Notes: generated from the letters alone by a model not told the origin. Shown: positions 1-12,756, counted from the first letter of the stretch. The stretch: DNA of 64,000 nt from Amoebophrya sp. A120 (GCA_905178155.1 CAJINV010000002.1:12161621-12225620), one strand, 5' to 3'. A program made the numbers and translations.

Positions 1-118
1 CATCTTCCTTAGTAAATTGCTTCTGAGTAACTACACCTCAGGCACTGCAGCCAGGCGTCGGCGACTGCGAAGCATGATGGCGAACGCGATCGGTTGCTGA
101 CAGAAGTAAAGTGCATTT

Positions 119-3100
119 TTAGTTCAGCATGAGTGTGGGTAGAAAGTCCGATCTGTTGTCTTCGAGACTTACTCTCGGCCGAAGTGATGCCTCCATGGTC
201 GAGCGGATGCGCTCCCCTTCCGTTGCCAGGAAATCTTCGATCTTGGCTTGTCGGCGCGCCGCAAGTTTCGCAGCGGCGGCTTGCTTCTGCATCGATTTGG
301 GTGCAGGGACAACGTGCGAAAAGTCCGGCCCCAGGTATTGTTGCGCCACTGGGTTGCGATAACTGCTCGATGAACTGGTGGGCACCGTGGTTTTGGTTTC
401 CAAAATGCTTTTCCGAACCGCGTTTTCCCGCTGCTGCAGCGGGGTCATCTGTTTCGGCAGCACACCGGGCTCGATCGGCATGCGATCTACCTTCTGTCCC
501 TCTCCGAACGCGGGGAACAGACACTTCAAGTTGTAGCCCATCGGCCCCGAGATCCCGTTCGTGCAGCGTTCGTGCGTCATGATCGGGTCGGTTCCATATT
601 CCTCCAGCATGTGCCCCCGGTACCCGGGGGTGTACCGCCCCCTCTGCAGGTAGAAACCCCGGAACGCCATGTCCATGGCTGTTCCCTTAGGTGGCAAGCT
701 GTCGTCGTAGCTCTTTCCAGAAACCGCGTCCGTGGTCGGATTCATCTTGCGGGTACGGCTGAACGCCATCCGCTGCATCTCCGAGAGGATCCGCTCGTCC
801 GCCCGCTCCTTCTTGGGTTTCCGGGCCCGGTACTCCCAGTACTCGGGCGCCTCGCTGATGTTCTGCAGCGCCAGAAACTGGGCTGCCGTGTAGAGCAAAT
901 CAATTAGTTCGTTCACCAGCATTCCCAACGTTGCCGCCACGGGCGCAACCCCGTTGACCACCGTTTGTCCGGCCTTGGCCGCATTGGCAAACTTTTTCAC
1001 CACCTCTGTCACGCATTTCCCGGGGTAATAGAGCTTCAAATCTTCGAGCTCCTTCGACAAAGTGTCTACGCCTGGAGTTTGTTGTTCCTCTGCGACCGCA
1101 CCTGTGGCAGCTTCTTCGCCGGCGCTGGTCGACGCCCCCGCGGGGGTAATTGTCGCTGGCCCCGCCGCGTTGGCGGCTGCGGCCATGGCCGCCGCCTGCG
1201 TGGCCCGTTGCATCTGCAAAGCTCCCGAAAGTGTTTCGTATTCCTTCGTGGTGTCCGGGCAGAAGTGCTTGATCGGTCTCAACGCCTCTACCCCCACGTC
1301 TGCTAATACGCCCGCAACTTTACCGATCACCGCGGCTATGAAGGTTGCAGGATCCTTCAAGTCGACGGTGAGGTCTTTGAAAAATTCACCGGCCGCGCGC
1401 AGCGGCGCCAGGTAGTCTTGGGGCCCGTCCACCGCTTCTCGAAGCTTGTTTTCGTAATACTCCACCATCTGTTCCACTTCCGTTGCGCCCGCGGTCTGTG
1501 TGTCATCGCGAATGTTGCCAATGTCCATCGCGGTGCGCCGGATCTTCTTCGTCAGCAGTTGTGGAATCGCGGTGAGACTAATAGTGGTCTTCGGCACCAG
1601 CGTTGCGTTTGCGCGGGCCGTCTGTTCTGCCAGCTGTTCTTCCCTTGCCAGCGCAGCTGCGTCTTCAGTTGCGAACGTGGTACTTGCAGGGGATGTTAGA
1701 GCAGGAGCAGCTCCTTCATCTACTTTAGCGTTGAAGAATGCCGAGCCGTCGTCTTTATCTGCCCCAACCACTTCCGCGTCGTTACCAGCAGTGCCAGCGT
1801 CTGTGACAAAGAAGCTCTGGTGTTCAGGCAAGAAGGACAGTTTTCCAAACACCTGCAGCCCGCGCTGCACTTCCGAGATGCGCTTGTGAATCACTTCCTC
1901 GGTGTGGTACAGGTTGGAAGCCGTGTTACGCTCGATCTCAGCCCACATCGGATCATCTTTCGGGACTGGTTCCAAGTCGTTCTTCTCGTGCGCGTACTGG
2001 ATCCGCTTCGCAAGCATCGCGGACAGCGATCTTATCTCTTCGTCCGCGAACCGTTCAGTCTCTCGAATCCATTCGTCCGCGACCTTCTGGAACTGGTACT
2101 CCACGGGCGTCAGTAGGACTGGCTGTCGGGCGTGCGGCTTCAACTGTAGGTCATCAGCTGCCACTGTTCCTGCGTGTACTTCCTCAGTAGCTGCTTGGTC
2201 ATCCGGCGACGTCTCCGCAGCAGCAGTTGGTTCTCCCGCGGGCGCTGGAGGCCTCACGATTTCCCGCAGGATCGCAATCCTGCGGGTCTTCGCTTTTTCG
2301 AAGCGCCCGAGTTCCTCGGTCACCCAGCGCTGCAGGCGTTCTGGCGTTTCGCGTTGACGCTGGTACCACATACAGCCGGCGCCTGCGTCTTCGGCCCTAC
2401 CACAATCCTGGGAATTCACCAGGGTCTCGCAGACTGTGTCGCGACTGACTGGTGTTTTAGGGGCTTGTGGCTTTGTTGCTGCTGGAGTACTACTTGCCGT
2501 AGCAGCTCCATCAGTCTTTACTCCTTCCCCTGCTTCTGTGCTGGTACCGCTGCCGCTAGCTGGTTCTGGTTCATCTGCACCACCTTCCTGAACCTGTTTC
2601 TCGGTGCTAGGATCTGCCTGTTCTTGATGTAGATTCTCGACTTCCAACCCATTCCCGCCCGCCGACGCCGCCGCGCCCTCTGGATGGTGATGTGCAAGTT
2701 TTGGACCGCACGCCTTCAAGTCGTGCCGCTCAATCGCGACCGGATCCACGGACATGCAAATGCCACCAGGTCGGGGCACTGGGACGATTTCGTAGGGCGT
2801 GGACGCCGCGTTGGTTGGTGTTGCGTCATCAGCATCGCCGTTTGCCGCACCATTTTGCTGCTGCTGCACCTTTTTGCTACCTTCTTTAGTAGCGGCAGCC
2901 CCGTCGGTGCTGTCATCGACGTTTTTGTCCTCCTTCTCCGCGTGTGCCTTGTCTTCCGGATTTGGACTGGTCTTGTTTTCATCCACCTCGGCATCTCCAC
3001 CCGTTTTCCCTTCTTGCACTTCCGGCGCTGCGGCCTTTTTCCAAGAGCACTTGGGATCAGCCTGGCAAGCGTGCTTTTCGTCCAGGGACGGGCAGTACTT

Positions 3101-6100
3101 TGGCTCTCCTGTGCACTCATGGGTAGGCGCTTGTGGTTCCCAAGCGCAATCCTTTGATTCCAAATCCTTTCCGCAGAGAGCGGCGCTCGGATGTTTTTTG
3201 CAGACTTTCTGCAGCGTGCGCAGTTGCTCCTCGGGGGGCGGGGGCGGCGGATCCCGCTCCAGCGGTGCGCGGTCAAATTGCACCCAGCCGCACCCGTTGG
3301 ATGCAGCCAAGTTGCCGCAGGTCGCCTGGGAGTCGCCATTTGCCAGGCAGAATGTGTTCTTCTCGGCTCGCGCGCTCGCACTCGCTTGTTCCTCGTCACC
3401 CGTCAGAGTAGAATTTCCGTCAGCGTCCGTTGTCCCTTTTTGAGCTTGACCGGGCGTGCCAGCTTCTACTGCCGGCTCTACAGTGGCACTGTAGACGCAA
3501 ACCCCGTCGGGTTTCTCGCCGGTTCGCCACGCGCATGCTGGATTTGCGACACAAGTGTTCTCGTTTTCGAAATCCTCGGAGTGGCACGCCGCCGCCTCGG
3601 CCTCCGAGCTTGAGGACGGTTTCTTCAAGACGCACGAGGCTTTCGGTTTCTCGAACGCAATCCACCCGCATTCCTCCGGCTCCGCAATCTCGTCATCTGG
3701 TGCTGGTGGCTCTTCATCTTCCTCTGTTTCTGCTTGCTCTTGGTCACCATGTTTGGGGTCGCTCCCACTACCTCCCACCGCGTTCGCCTTTGTAGATTCG
3801 TCGTCTTTCTTGCTCGATGAAGCTTCCTGTGATTGATCTTCCGTGCCGTCCCCACCTCCACTCGTTCCCGCGTCCTGTTTATCATTGTCTTTCAGAGGCT
3901 CGGCGGCAATTGGCTTTGGTGCAAGGCAATCGCTTTTGCTCTTGCGGCGGTGACACGGCGGACCCGCATGGCGATCCGAAGTGGATATTTTTGTCGCAGA
4001 AGATGTTGGCTGGTCGCGACCCACGACTTTCGTGTTCGTTTTCATCGTTAGTGTACTCTTCCCGTTACGATTCTTTTTCGTTGTGATACGACGCACCGTT
4101 TTTACCGTAGAACCACCACCGGTTTGTTGCGGAACGTCTTCATCCACCTGCTCAATTCTATTTTTGGAAACACACATGCCAGTTGGTGCCGTGCCTTCTG
4201 CGGGCGCGACTTGGTCCGAGTCCAAGCCACCTCCCTCCCAGTTACACTCGACCCCGAGCGCATCAGCGGCTCCGACGCACCGCGCTTCCTGGTTCAGCCG
4301 CCGGCAAATGCTCTGGCCGATGTCATCCGCGGCGGTGCAAGTCCCGGTGCGCAAGTTGGAAAACGACTTCCAGCCGCATTTTGTGCTTTCCGCATCACAC
4401 CCACTCTGCGCCACTTTTGCTTCGCAAAGCGCGACGTCGTCTGCATTCGTGGCGTCCAGCGGGAAACACACACCGCTTGCGGTTTGCGAGGTGCTTGTCG
4501 CGGCCACTGCAGGAGTATCTGCGTCCTCTGCACCTGCCGTGTTACCTCCCGTGACCAGTGAAGCTGCGCCCGTGAGAGCTGCTTTTGCCTGCAGCTTTAG
4601 GCGCTCCAGCACCGACGGGTCCGAGGTCGCCGGCTCGATGTCCTTTTCTGCTGTGGTTCCCTCCGCTGCCCCATCGATAGGTGGCTGCTTCATTTTCTCC
4701 AGCGCAGCAACGACGCTTGGTTTTGGCAAACACTTCCCTTGGTCCGGCGGGCGCACGGGGCTTAACGCGGTCACCTTGCGCCACTCGCACAACGGCTGAT
4801 CCAATGCATCGTGCTGGGTTTTGCATTTCTGCTCCTTGCACTGAAATCCGCAGGGCTCGCCATTTCCTCTTTCCGCAGCCATGGCATTGTCGCAGATTTC
4901 CTGATCTGCGGCGTGCCTAAACCTGGGAGCGCACTCGAACAGCTCGGTAGGCTCCCGCGCCACGTGCTGTCCGGCGGTAAGCTCCTGCTGCTTTTCCAGC
5001 ACTCGCCCATGCTCGTCGACTTCCCATTGCGGAATGTGCGGCGGTCGCATAGGATCCTCTAAAGTTTCCACATCAAGACTCCTTTGCAACACTTTCAGGT
5101 CCACACCGCATCTTGTTTGCATGTTGAACTTCAGGTTCCACCCACTCAAACGCCGCCACCGTGCCTCGAGTTCCGGTCGAAGCAGCCTTTGCTCCGCGTC
5201 GTCCGCTTGAGCGGCTGTCATGGGCACCACAGGATCTTCTTCTGCAGCTGGCGCAGTCGTATTACTGTCATCTCCATCTCCACCGCTCTGTACCGTCGCT
5301 GCAGCGGAGCCAGTAGTACTTGGTTTTGGAGTATTTGCATTGGTACCGGCTCCTTCCTCGTCGTCTTCCTTTTCGTCGCAACGAAGGGGCGCACCGTCGT
5401 CCTGATCGGACAGACTGGTATGCGTGACTTGCTTGTGCGTTTTGGCCAACAGAGCGGGAAAGTCGTCGGGCAGGGACTTGTGCGCCAGTGCGTGCATGAA
5501 GGGTCGTAGATGAGCATTCTGTAGGGCCTTTCGCGCCTCATCGTTGAAGTGCACCATGCGAGTTTTGTTTTTCACGTCCAGGTCCTCTCCAAGCATCATC
5601 TCTGCCCAGCGCTTCTTGCGGTCCCGTCGTTTCTGTAGCAACGCGTTCTGGCTCTGGAAGTCCGGCGCATTGGTATCCAGTCTAATCTTGGTGCGTCGGT
5701 ACCAATCGTCAATGCGCATGGCCAATCCGTCCCGAACCATCTTCGATACGTGCTTGTTCTGTATAGAAGGAGAAACGGTGATCGCCGACAGTGATCATCT
5801 ACCAAAGAAAAATCGCAGCACACCCTCGCGGAACGGGTTTTCTTTTTTTACGGACCGAAGAAATGGCGCAGCTTTTCGCAGGGTGTGACACTGTTAACTG
5901 CGCACATTATGCGAGCAGTGCTGAAGATGGGAAAGGCCGACAATGGCCGGGCGCTTTGGGGGCCGCAGGTGCTTCGTTTTCATTGTTGCTGGACGCATGA
6001 AACCACTCTTCCCACCTGGCCACGAGCGCCCGCGCGTTTTGGCCGTCGAGCGCTCTTGCCTCGGCCGGAGCGCGACACTTGAAGAGGGTCGGGGCCATAG

Positions 6101-9100
6101 CGTAGAGCAGGTTCGTTTGGACTGTCATCCGCCGCGTGGTGCGAGCCCAGCTCTGTGCCTCGGCCTTGCCCGCCTGCCGCGAAGGCGTCGAGGCATCGAC
6201 GGGCCGGGGGCCCGGCTCACTTAAATCCGATGACGGCTGGCTTTTATTTGCGTGCCACCAAGGGCAGCAAATACACGGGCGCCGGCGGAGAAGCGGCTCC
6301 GATACTTACTAGCATGCAACAAGCAACGGAGGCCCTGCCGTCGGTTCTTAATTTGCACCGACGGCACGACGCAGTTTGGTGAAGAGAAAGAACGCGGCGC
6401 GACTTTCGCGCCCACGCTTCAACATGAAGACGCCGAAGCACCTTGCTGCGCGGCCGCGGCAGCTGCGGCGTCTCTCTCTCTCTCATAGTCGGCGCAGGCA
6501 CGGACCGCGATAAACACTCGCTATGCCATCACACAGGGCCCCGGCCTAGCGCCTGCCAAGAGAGAACAAAAGCAGCGCCGCCGCATATAAATTTCACCCG
6601 GCGACGAAGCGCATGTCACGCCCGGCGCAGCCGCGGAGCCGGCTCACCTGAGAAGGGCGTCAATGCGCATGGCCAATCCGTCCCGAACCACCTTCGATAC
6701 GTGCATGTTCTGTGTGTTTGTTTGATGAAGTCGTGAAGGAGGAATCTATTTTGTCGATGCCTGGTTATTAACTGCTAGGACACTCACCCAGACGAATATT
6801 ATGCAGCGTCAGAGAGCACTCATTCGTCATTCTCACAAAACAGCTTTATTCATCTTGCTCTCATACTAGTCATTTCGCCTCTCTTATCGAAAGAAAAAAG
6901 TTCGCCACAGTCACAATTTTTCATTTTTCGAAAAATTGAAAGGTGAAAAAGAAGAAATCTTCTGATGTGGAGGAAACGCGCGACCTTTTCCCCTTCGACT
7001 GCAAGGGCCTTGTATTTTGCAGAACTAGTCTCGACGGCTTGACGGAGCTAAATTCCAGCCATTTCCGGGGCAGACGCGCTGAAGCACACATGCCTCCGCA
7101 AGAGCTCCTACGCCTTCCTGGCTACGCAAAAAATTCTTAGCGCAGCTACTGCGCCAAGAACTTTTGCAAAATATGTGCCAGCGATGAGCGGCAACGCATT
7201 TACGCGCGCCCCTCTAACGAAATACCCAAAACACGGGGCTGAGTGCGGCACATGTCACTGGGCGGACTAGGGCAGTCGACTACCTTGCCTAAAGGCAGAA
7301 GCAACTTACGCAAATGCGCAAAAACCGCAAATCTTTCCGACTGCATGAAGCCGAAAATTGGAATTTTGATTCTTGCGCGCCATAGTCACTCGGAGAAAAA
7401 CAGGTCAAAAAATTGTTTTGAAACAGAACAAAAACGACAAAAAAGCGGAGCCTTTTTTTGTGAAAAAAGCTCCGAGTGACGAAGCGCTTCAATTTCCAAA
7501 AAGCGGCATTTTAGGTGCGGGAAAGCCAAATCATATTCGCCAAAAAAGTTCGTCACTCGGCCAATTTTTCGTTTCGGCGGGGGTCGAAAAAAAACTCGAG
7601 CGACCGAAAAAAACTAGGCCGAGTGACTGCGCGAACGAATGTTCAAAAGGCAACTTTTGAAAAAAAAAAGCTGTCGCCGCTTTTTTGAAATTTTGGGCGG
7701 TCTGCCCAATGCCAAAAGAGGTCTGGACAGATGTAACCAGGCCCAATCACTTTTGCAGGCCGGCCTTGTGGCGGCCTTTTAGATGTTCAACGGAACGAAG
7801 GCGGCCTGCTTTATCAAGGGAGAAGTGGAAGGCCATGGAGGCGCTGCGCGACCACTTGCGCGCTAGGTCCGTGTAATCGAAGACACGCGCTCTGCCCCCT
7901 TTCCTGGTAGGTGTCCTTCCCTGTCAAAGGCTGTGGGGCCGCGCAGTGGGTAAGCTTCAGTGAGCTAAGACAACCCGGGCACGCAAAACGCAGCCAGGCC
8001 GTGGCTTCAGCATGCCGCGCGAGGCCTGAAGTTTTTAAGCTGGTTGCTTTTTCGGCCATCAAGTCAAATTTTCAATTTGCCCTGATTTTTTTTCAAAAAA
8101 TGAAAATTAGTGACTGTGACGAACTTTTTTCTTTCAATATCTCTTCGTGCGTGGAACGAATGTGCATAAATTGATTTCAAAGAAAAAAATCATTCAGGCA
8201 CAAGCTTACCGCGTCCGGGACTTCTCCGACCAGAATTTTTTCTTGTTCGTGTTCCAGTTTTTGGATGCCGCAATCCGTGATCTTGCTTAGCTGTTCCAGT
8301 TCTTGCACCAGATCCTGCGAGTAGCGCGTCAGGACCTGTTGCGGCGTGGCGTCCAGAGGCAGCGGCCGCATCGGGTCCTTCAACGCACTGCAGCGCCAGG
8401 ACCCGGGCCCGGGCGGCAGGTCTTTCCAAATGCAGGTCCGCGGAGACCCCTCGGTGTAGTTGTACCGGTGATCGTTGCAGGTCTGCTTCGTTCGCATGGC
8501 TGCGCACTGTACCACAAGGTCGGCTTTCACCTCCGTCGTGACGCACTTGTGTTCCAGGTTCAGATACTCGGGATCTGCTTCACAAATTCCGCTTTCCCCT
8601 TGCGATTGGGTCTCCTCCACGACTTCGTCCTCGGCATTTGCCGAAATTTTCTGCCACTTGCAGATCGGATCCTCATCGCAAAGCTTGTGTCGATCGGCTT
8701 GTTTCGTCGCGTTGGGCACGGCGTTGTGAAAGCTGCACGCAACGACGTCTTCGAAATTTCGCGGGTCCTCGGCCTTACAAAAGCCACTCTGGTGCTGGTC
8801 GTGCTCCCCTGATCGAAGAGCCGGGGGCTGTGTTCGTTCTACTCGAGTTTCCCAGTGACAAGCGTGGTCATTCGCTTCCGCATTGCAAGCCGCTTCGGAT
8901 TCGTGCTTCGCACAGTCGGCCGCTGCAGTCTCAGCCCCGTTGTCCGCTGCCGGGGCGCAAACACCCTCGGGGAGTTCTTGGTGTGGCTGCGTGTCCCAGG
9001 TACAACGTGTGTCGCCGACGCAGTCAAGTTCATCTTCATGCGTTTTACACTCTTCAACGGCGCCCGCGTCGTCGACGTCGTTAAATTTACACACTCCCGG

Positions 9101-11127
9101 ACCTGTGGTCTCGCTCGCCACTTCCGGCTCGGGCTGAACCTCTTCCGCTCTTGGCAACACCGGTAGCGCATCCAACCCGAAGGGCCTTGGCTCTTTCAGG
9201 GCCGCGTCTGCGAACAGTGGCTCCCTCACTTGCTGTTCTTGTGTCCCGCCGGCATTAGCGTTGTCGCTTTGCCCAACGACGGGCGGCTCCACCGCCTTGT
9301 CCTCTTTGACTGGAGATAGTGGGGGAGGTTTCTTCGACTTCGCCTCAACTACGGGTTCTGTCGGAACCCATTCACAACTTTTACTGTGATAATTGCAGTC
9401 GTCAGCAGCCGTCAAGCGTCCGCAGAACTCCACGTCGTCTCGTGATTTGCTGTAACAGAAGCCCTCTGGCTCCTGCTTGTCCCGTTTAATGTTCTTCGCC
9501 TTCGTCGTTGCGTCGGCAGAGGCAGCTTTTTTCGTGTTCATCTGTTCCGACTGAGCGTCCAGTCCCGCCGGCTGCTCCTGTCCCCCCTCGTGTGGACTAG
9601 GATTACCGCCTTCTACCGTGGGTGTGCTTGCGTCCTTCTTGCCTTCAACGCCTGGAGCTTCTTGTTCTGCGTCAACAATGTTGTCCTCGTGGGGGACAAA
9701 GGTACAGCGATTTTTGTTGTTACCCCACTCGCACCGCTCTTTGGTCCCGGTGCCAGACTCCAGCTCAAATTGTTTGCAATATTCCAGATCGACGGCACCC
9801 CCTGGCTTGTTCTGGTTACATGCACCCGCCGTTGTACTTTCTTTCCAAACACAGCTGGCTTTCTTTACCGCACAGCCCTGTCTGGTCTTGATCGCGTGAC
9901 AAGCATCGGGCTTTTCCGGTTTTGATGGCTCTGCTCCTGCTCCGTCTACCGATGCCCCCGTCCCACCACCTGCGCCAGCATTGCTATTATCGTCAGCAGG
10001 CGCCTCTATTGACTCGCAGATACCAGCACGGTTTTCTCTTTTGTCTTTTTCGATCAAGTTCATGCGAGACTCGTACTGCTCGGAGCGGTACTGCGCTTGT
10101 TTCTTCATTCTCGCGTTCCACGACTCGAGCTTCGCGGAGTCAAGTGCCCGGCGGTGAGCGGCGGCTTGCTGGGTCGCCAGTTCTTTTCCCGCTGGCCCGC
10201 TCCCGCTGGCAGACCATTGCTGTACTGCCAACAGCTGTTGCAGCTTCTGGAATACAGGCACCACGTCTTTCCGCTCGTTGCTGCTGAAATTGTCGAAATT
10301 TTTCCCGGTCTCCTCTTGCACAAACTTGGAGAATTTGCCGCGCAAAGTGTGTACGTAGTCGACGAGGCGCTCCCCGGCGGCCGGGGGCACAAAAAGGTCT
10401 TCTTTTGTAGTCAGGGCTGGCTTCTCTTTCTCATCCGCAACATCTGCGTCATCGCCACCAGGAGAAGGAGTGTCGGTCTTTTTACCGCCATCATTTACAA
10501 ACGAAGACAAGGAGGCAGAGCCTCGTCCACCTGGGGACGCACTTGCCGACGACTCGGATTTGGGTGGTTTGTTGCTCTTGCCTTCGCCAGCGTGACGAAC
10601 TTCGAGCTGCACCTTGCCATTGAGCTCAACCTTTCTCCTCTTCCTCGGTGAGGGCCTTCCAATCGTTTCTGCGCCGGTAGTATGCAATGCAAAAGTATCG
10701 TACTAGTATGAGTTTCTATTGCATGACAAATTTTTCGTAGAAGAAAAATGAAATTTGTCATGCAGTTTCAGGTAAGAAAGCAGATCTGTAATGCTAGACT
10801 CGCACTTATACGAGTACGGTACTTTTGCAATGCATAGGTAGTACTATCACTTTGCAGCACACGGTGATGACGTGCAGCGGGAGATGGTTTTGAGTGCGAA
10901 CCTCCATGCGATCCAGAACTCGATGTCGAACGCAGTATTTGTGACAATGATGAGTGCGCCTTGGTTTGGTGGTCACATCCGCGGCCCCCAGCTGCAGCCA
11001 AGGTGGAGGTGTGGCATGTGTCATGGACCTGATCATGACCAGCATCCCTGCGTGTTCTTGTGACGCCATGCTGCTGAGAAAGAAAGCTGCTCAGGATTAC
11101 GTCCTCCTGCTGTCTTAGCATGCCCAT
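119..11127 (-). CDS. Giant (~2800 aa) cysteine-rich CxW-repeat protein, probably secreted or surface-located; 3 exons (about 11127-10837, 10680-8210, 5758-119); true 5' end may lie further upstream
   Basis: ORFs 10768..11154, 8177..10687 and 119..5740 join in frame. A canonical phase-0 intron 8209-5759 (GCG|GTAAGC...CTATACAG|AAC) gives VPDA-NKHVSKM. Removing the introner 10681-10836 gives DSTT-GAET. About 16 modules of the form C..C..C..CxW are separated by low-complexity linkers. Confidence 0.75.
5707..6713. repeat. 56-bp direct repeat (5707-5762 and 6658-6713) duplicating a splice acceptor and exon start
   Basis: cgtcaatgcgcatggccaatccgtcccgaacca(t/c)cttcgatacgtgc(t/a)tgttctgt occurs twice with 2 mismatches. 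Confidence 0.95.
5960..6300 (+). pseudogene. Decayed pogo/Tigger/Fot1-like (DDE_1) transposase fragment inside an intron
   Basis: Across frameshifts and stops: LLLDA*NHSSHL, VRLDCHPP and HLNPMTAGFYLRATKGSKY, resembling the pogo motifs LLLDxHSSH, lPP and LQPLDxGxFxxxKxxY in the correct order. Confidence 0.4.
6885..8139. mobile_element. 1255-bp non-autonomous TIR element (TAT...ATA class) nested in a canonical intron
   Basis: ~50-bp imperfect TIR (TATCGAAAGAAAAAAGTTCGCCACAGTCAC vs TATTGAAAGAAAAAAGTTCGTCACAGTCAC); 5-bp TSD TCTCT at 6880-6884 and 8140-8144; internal inverted GTCACTCGG pairs. Confidence 0.85.
10681..10836. mobile_element. Introner (TIR-bounded non-canonical intron), 156 bp
   Basis: ~33-bp TIR TATGCA(A/T)TGCAAAAGTA(T/C)CGTACT; TSD GGTAG on both sides; removal joins two ORFs in frame; no GT-AG option on the coding strand. 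Confidence 0.9.
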
Positions 11128-11863
11128 CGTTTTCCTAATCTTATCAATGTACAAGGTACTGGCAGCTCCGCCCCCTACATCATCTTCAATATCATCGCGA
11201 GGGACAAATTCGATGCGCCGGAATTTTGTGCAATGCTTGGTAAAAAATGCAAATGCTGATGCGAAGGGACCATTTGTTCACTTTCGACTTCTTGATTTGA
11301 AAAACGAAAAAAAGCTCAAAGAAGACTTTTAGCCATACAATACCAATTCCACTCAAATGGTCAAACTCGTACGAGAACTCTCAGCAGTAACATGAACTTC
11401 AGCTCCTTTCCCTTTGTTGGTTCCCTCTTCCCCTCGCGCTTTGTCATTCAAACCAACGGTTTGCATTTTTCTTTAGCAGTTTTTGAAAGCGATTTTACTC
11501 GACTCGAACTCTAAAAGTGTGAAATCTAGATCCTCATCGCAATCACTTTAGAGGCCGTTTGTATGCTCGTCTCAATGTCTTGAAGAAGGAAACGAATGCG
11601 AAACTTCTCCTGCTCTTACTGACTTTAGTAGCTTCGTCGTATTTCGAAGTCAGCATCTCCTCTTGTACCGCGGTATCATCGAAATAGAGCGAGACGATGA
11701 TTGCGCTGGCTATCGTTGAGTCGTTGACGTTCTTACTAACATGCTCCGGGCCGAAATCAAAAACGGATCTTTCATTTTTATCGTATGGAGAATCAGCGAG
11801 GGAGAGGTAGAGGCAAATGATGCCCGCGCGGAAAACTGGCCTGCCACGAACGACATCGGATCC

Positions 11864-12682
11864 TCAAACGCGGTTCAGGTTCCCAATCTCATGGTCAAGC
11901 AGCAGTGGCGTATCATGATCGTCTTCAGAATGCGTTGTTATCGTCGGGATACGCACTCCTGGTGTAGTAGAGTGTTGATCGCCTCCTGGCCAGGACGTAA
12001 CATCTTGCGACAACGCGACCAACTTTTCTTCTGTGTTCTTTCCGTCTCCAACCGGCGGGCTCTTGTCGTGTAAAAGGTGATCATGATCTTCTTGTTCGTT
12101 AGCCGCGTCGTGTGGGAAACGAGCGTCCTCGTCTGGCGCTGGGAACTGTGCATTGAACTGCTTCACCGGAAGGACTCGCAGGGCTTCTTCCAAGGTCATT
12201 TGCAGGTCAAACGCTTTCACCACCTCTTTTTCCAGCGACACGACTTCTTGCAATTTCTCCTCCCTGGCGAGCACCTCCGCGAAGGAGCCGGAATGATCCT
12301 GGTTGTCCTTCGATTTTTGAATGAGCCTCTGTAACGTGTCCAGGCACGCGTTTTTACGCTGCTCCCGGTACCACTCGAGCTGGCGTAAGAGGTTCAGAGC
12401 TTCCGCTTCGCGCTGTTCACGGGACTCGAGCTGCGCACTGCGAACCAAGGGCAACATGTGTGTTCGAAGCTGGGAACGATACTCGTAGAACGGCGGTGCC
12501 ATATCGTGCAGCACATCGCAATACCGATAACCTGTGAGAGTGTATTTTTTTTGGCAGCGGTTTTGCTTTTGCTTTCGATATAAACGAAGGAAAAAAAGTA
12601 AAAGAATAAGGACAGGAGCAGCTGCACCTGCTCCTTGTGTGCGCGGAGTAGTTGATGAGGCATCCGCATCGATGAAATACAA
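11864..12682 (-). CDS. Hypothetical protein with N-terminal hydrophobic segment and coiled-coil region
   Basis: 272-aa ORF co-oriented with neighbours; hydrophobic PVLILLLFFL; helical EQREAEALNLLRQLE region. May contain an unspliced in-frame introner at 12502-12580. Confidence 0.55.
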   Translation of the reverse strand: MYFIDADASSTTPRTQGAGAAAPVLILLLFFLRLYRKQKQNRCQKKYTLTGYRYCDVLHDMAPPFYEYRSQLRTHMLPLVRSAQLESREQREAEALNLLRQLEWYREQRKNACLDTLQRLIQKSKDNQDHSGSFAEVLAREEKLQEVVSLEKEVVKAFDLQMTLEEALRVLPVKQFNAQFPAPDEDARFPHDAANEQEDHDHLLHDKSPPVGDGKNTEEKLVALSQDVTSWPGGDQHSTTPGVRIPTITTHSEDDHDTPLLLDHEIGNLNRV

Positions 12683-12756
12683 CCGATCCGCCTTTGTTGC
12701 GTTTCATCGACAAAAGTAAGTACACCTCAAATGCGACTAAAAGAGCTAGATTTTGA

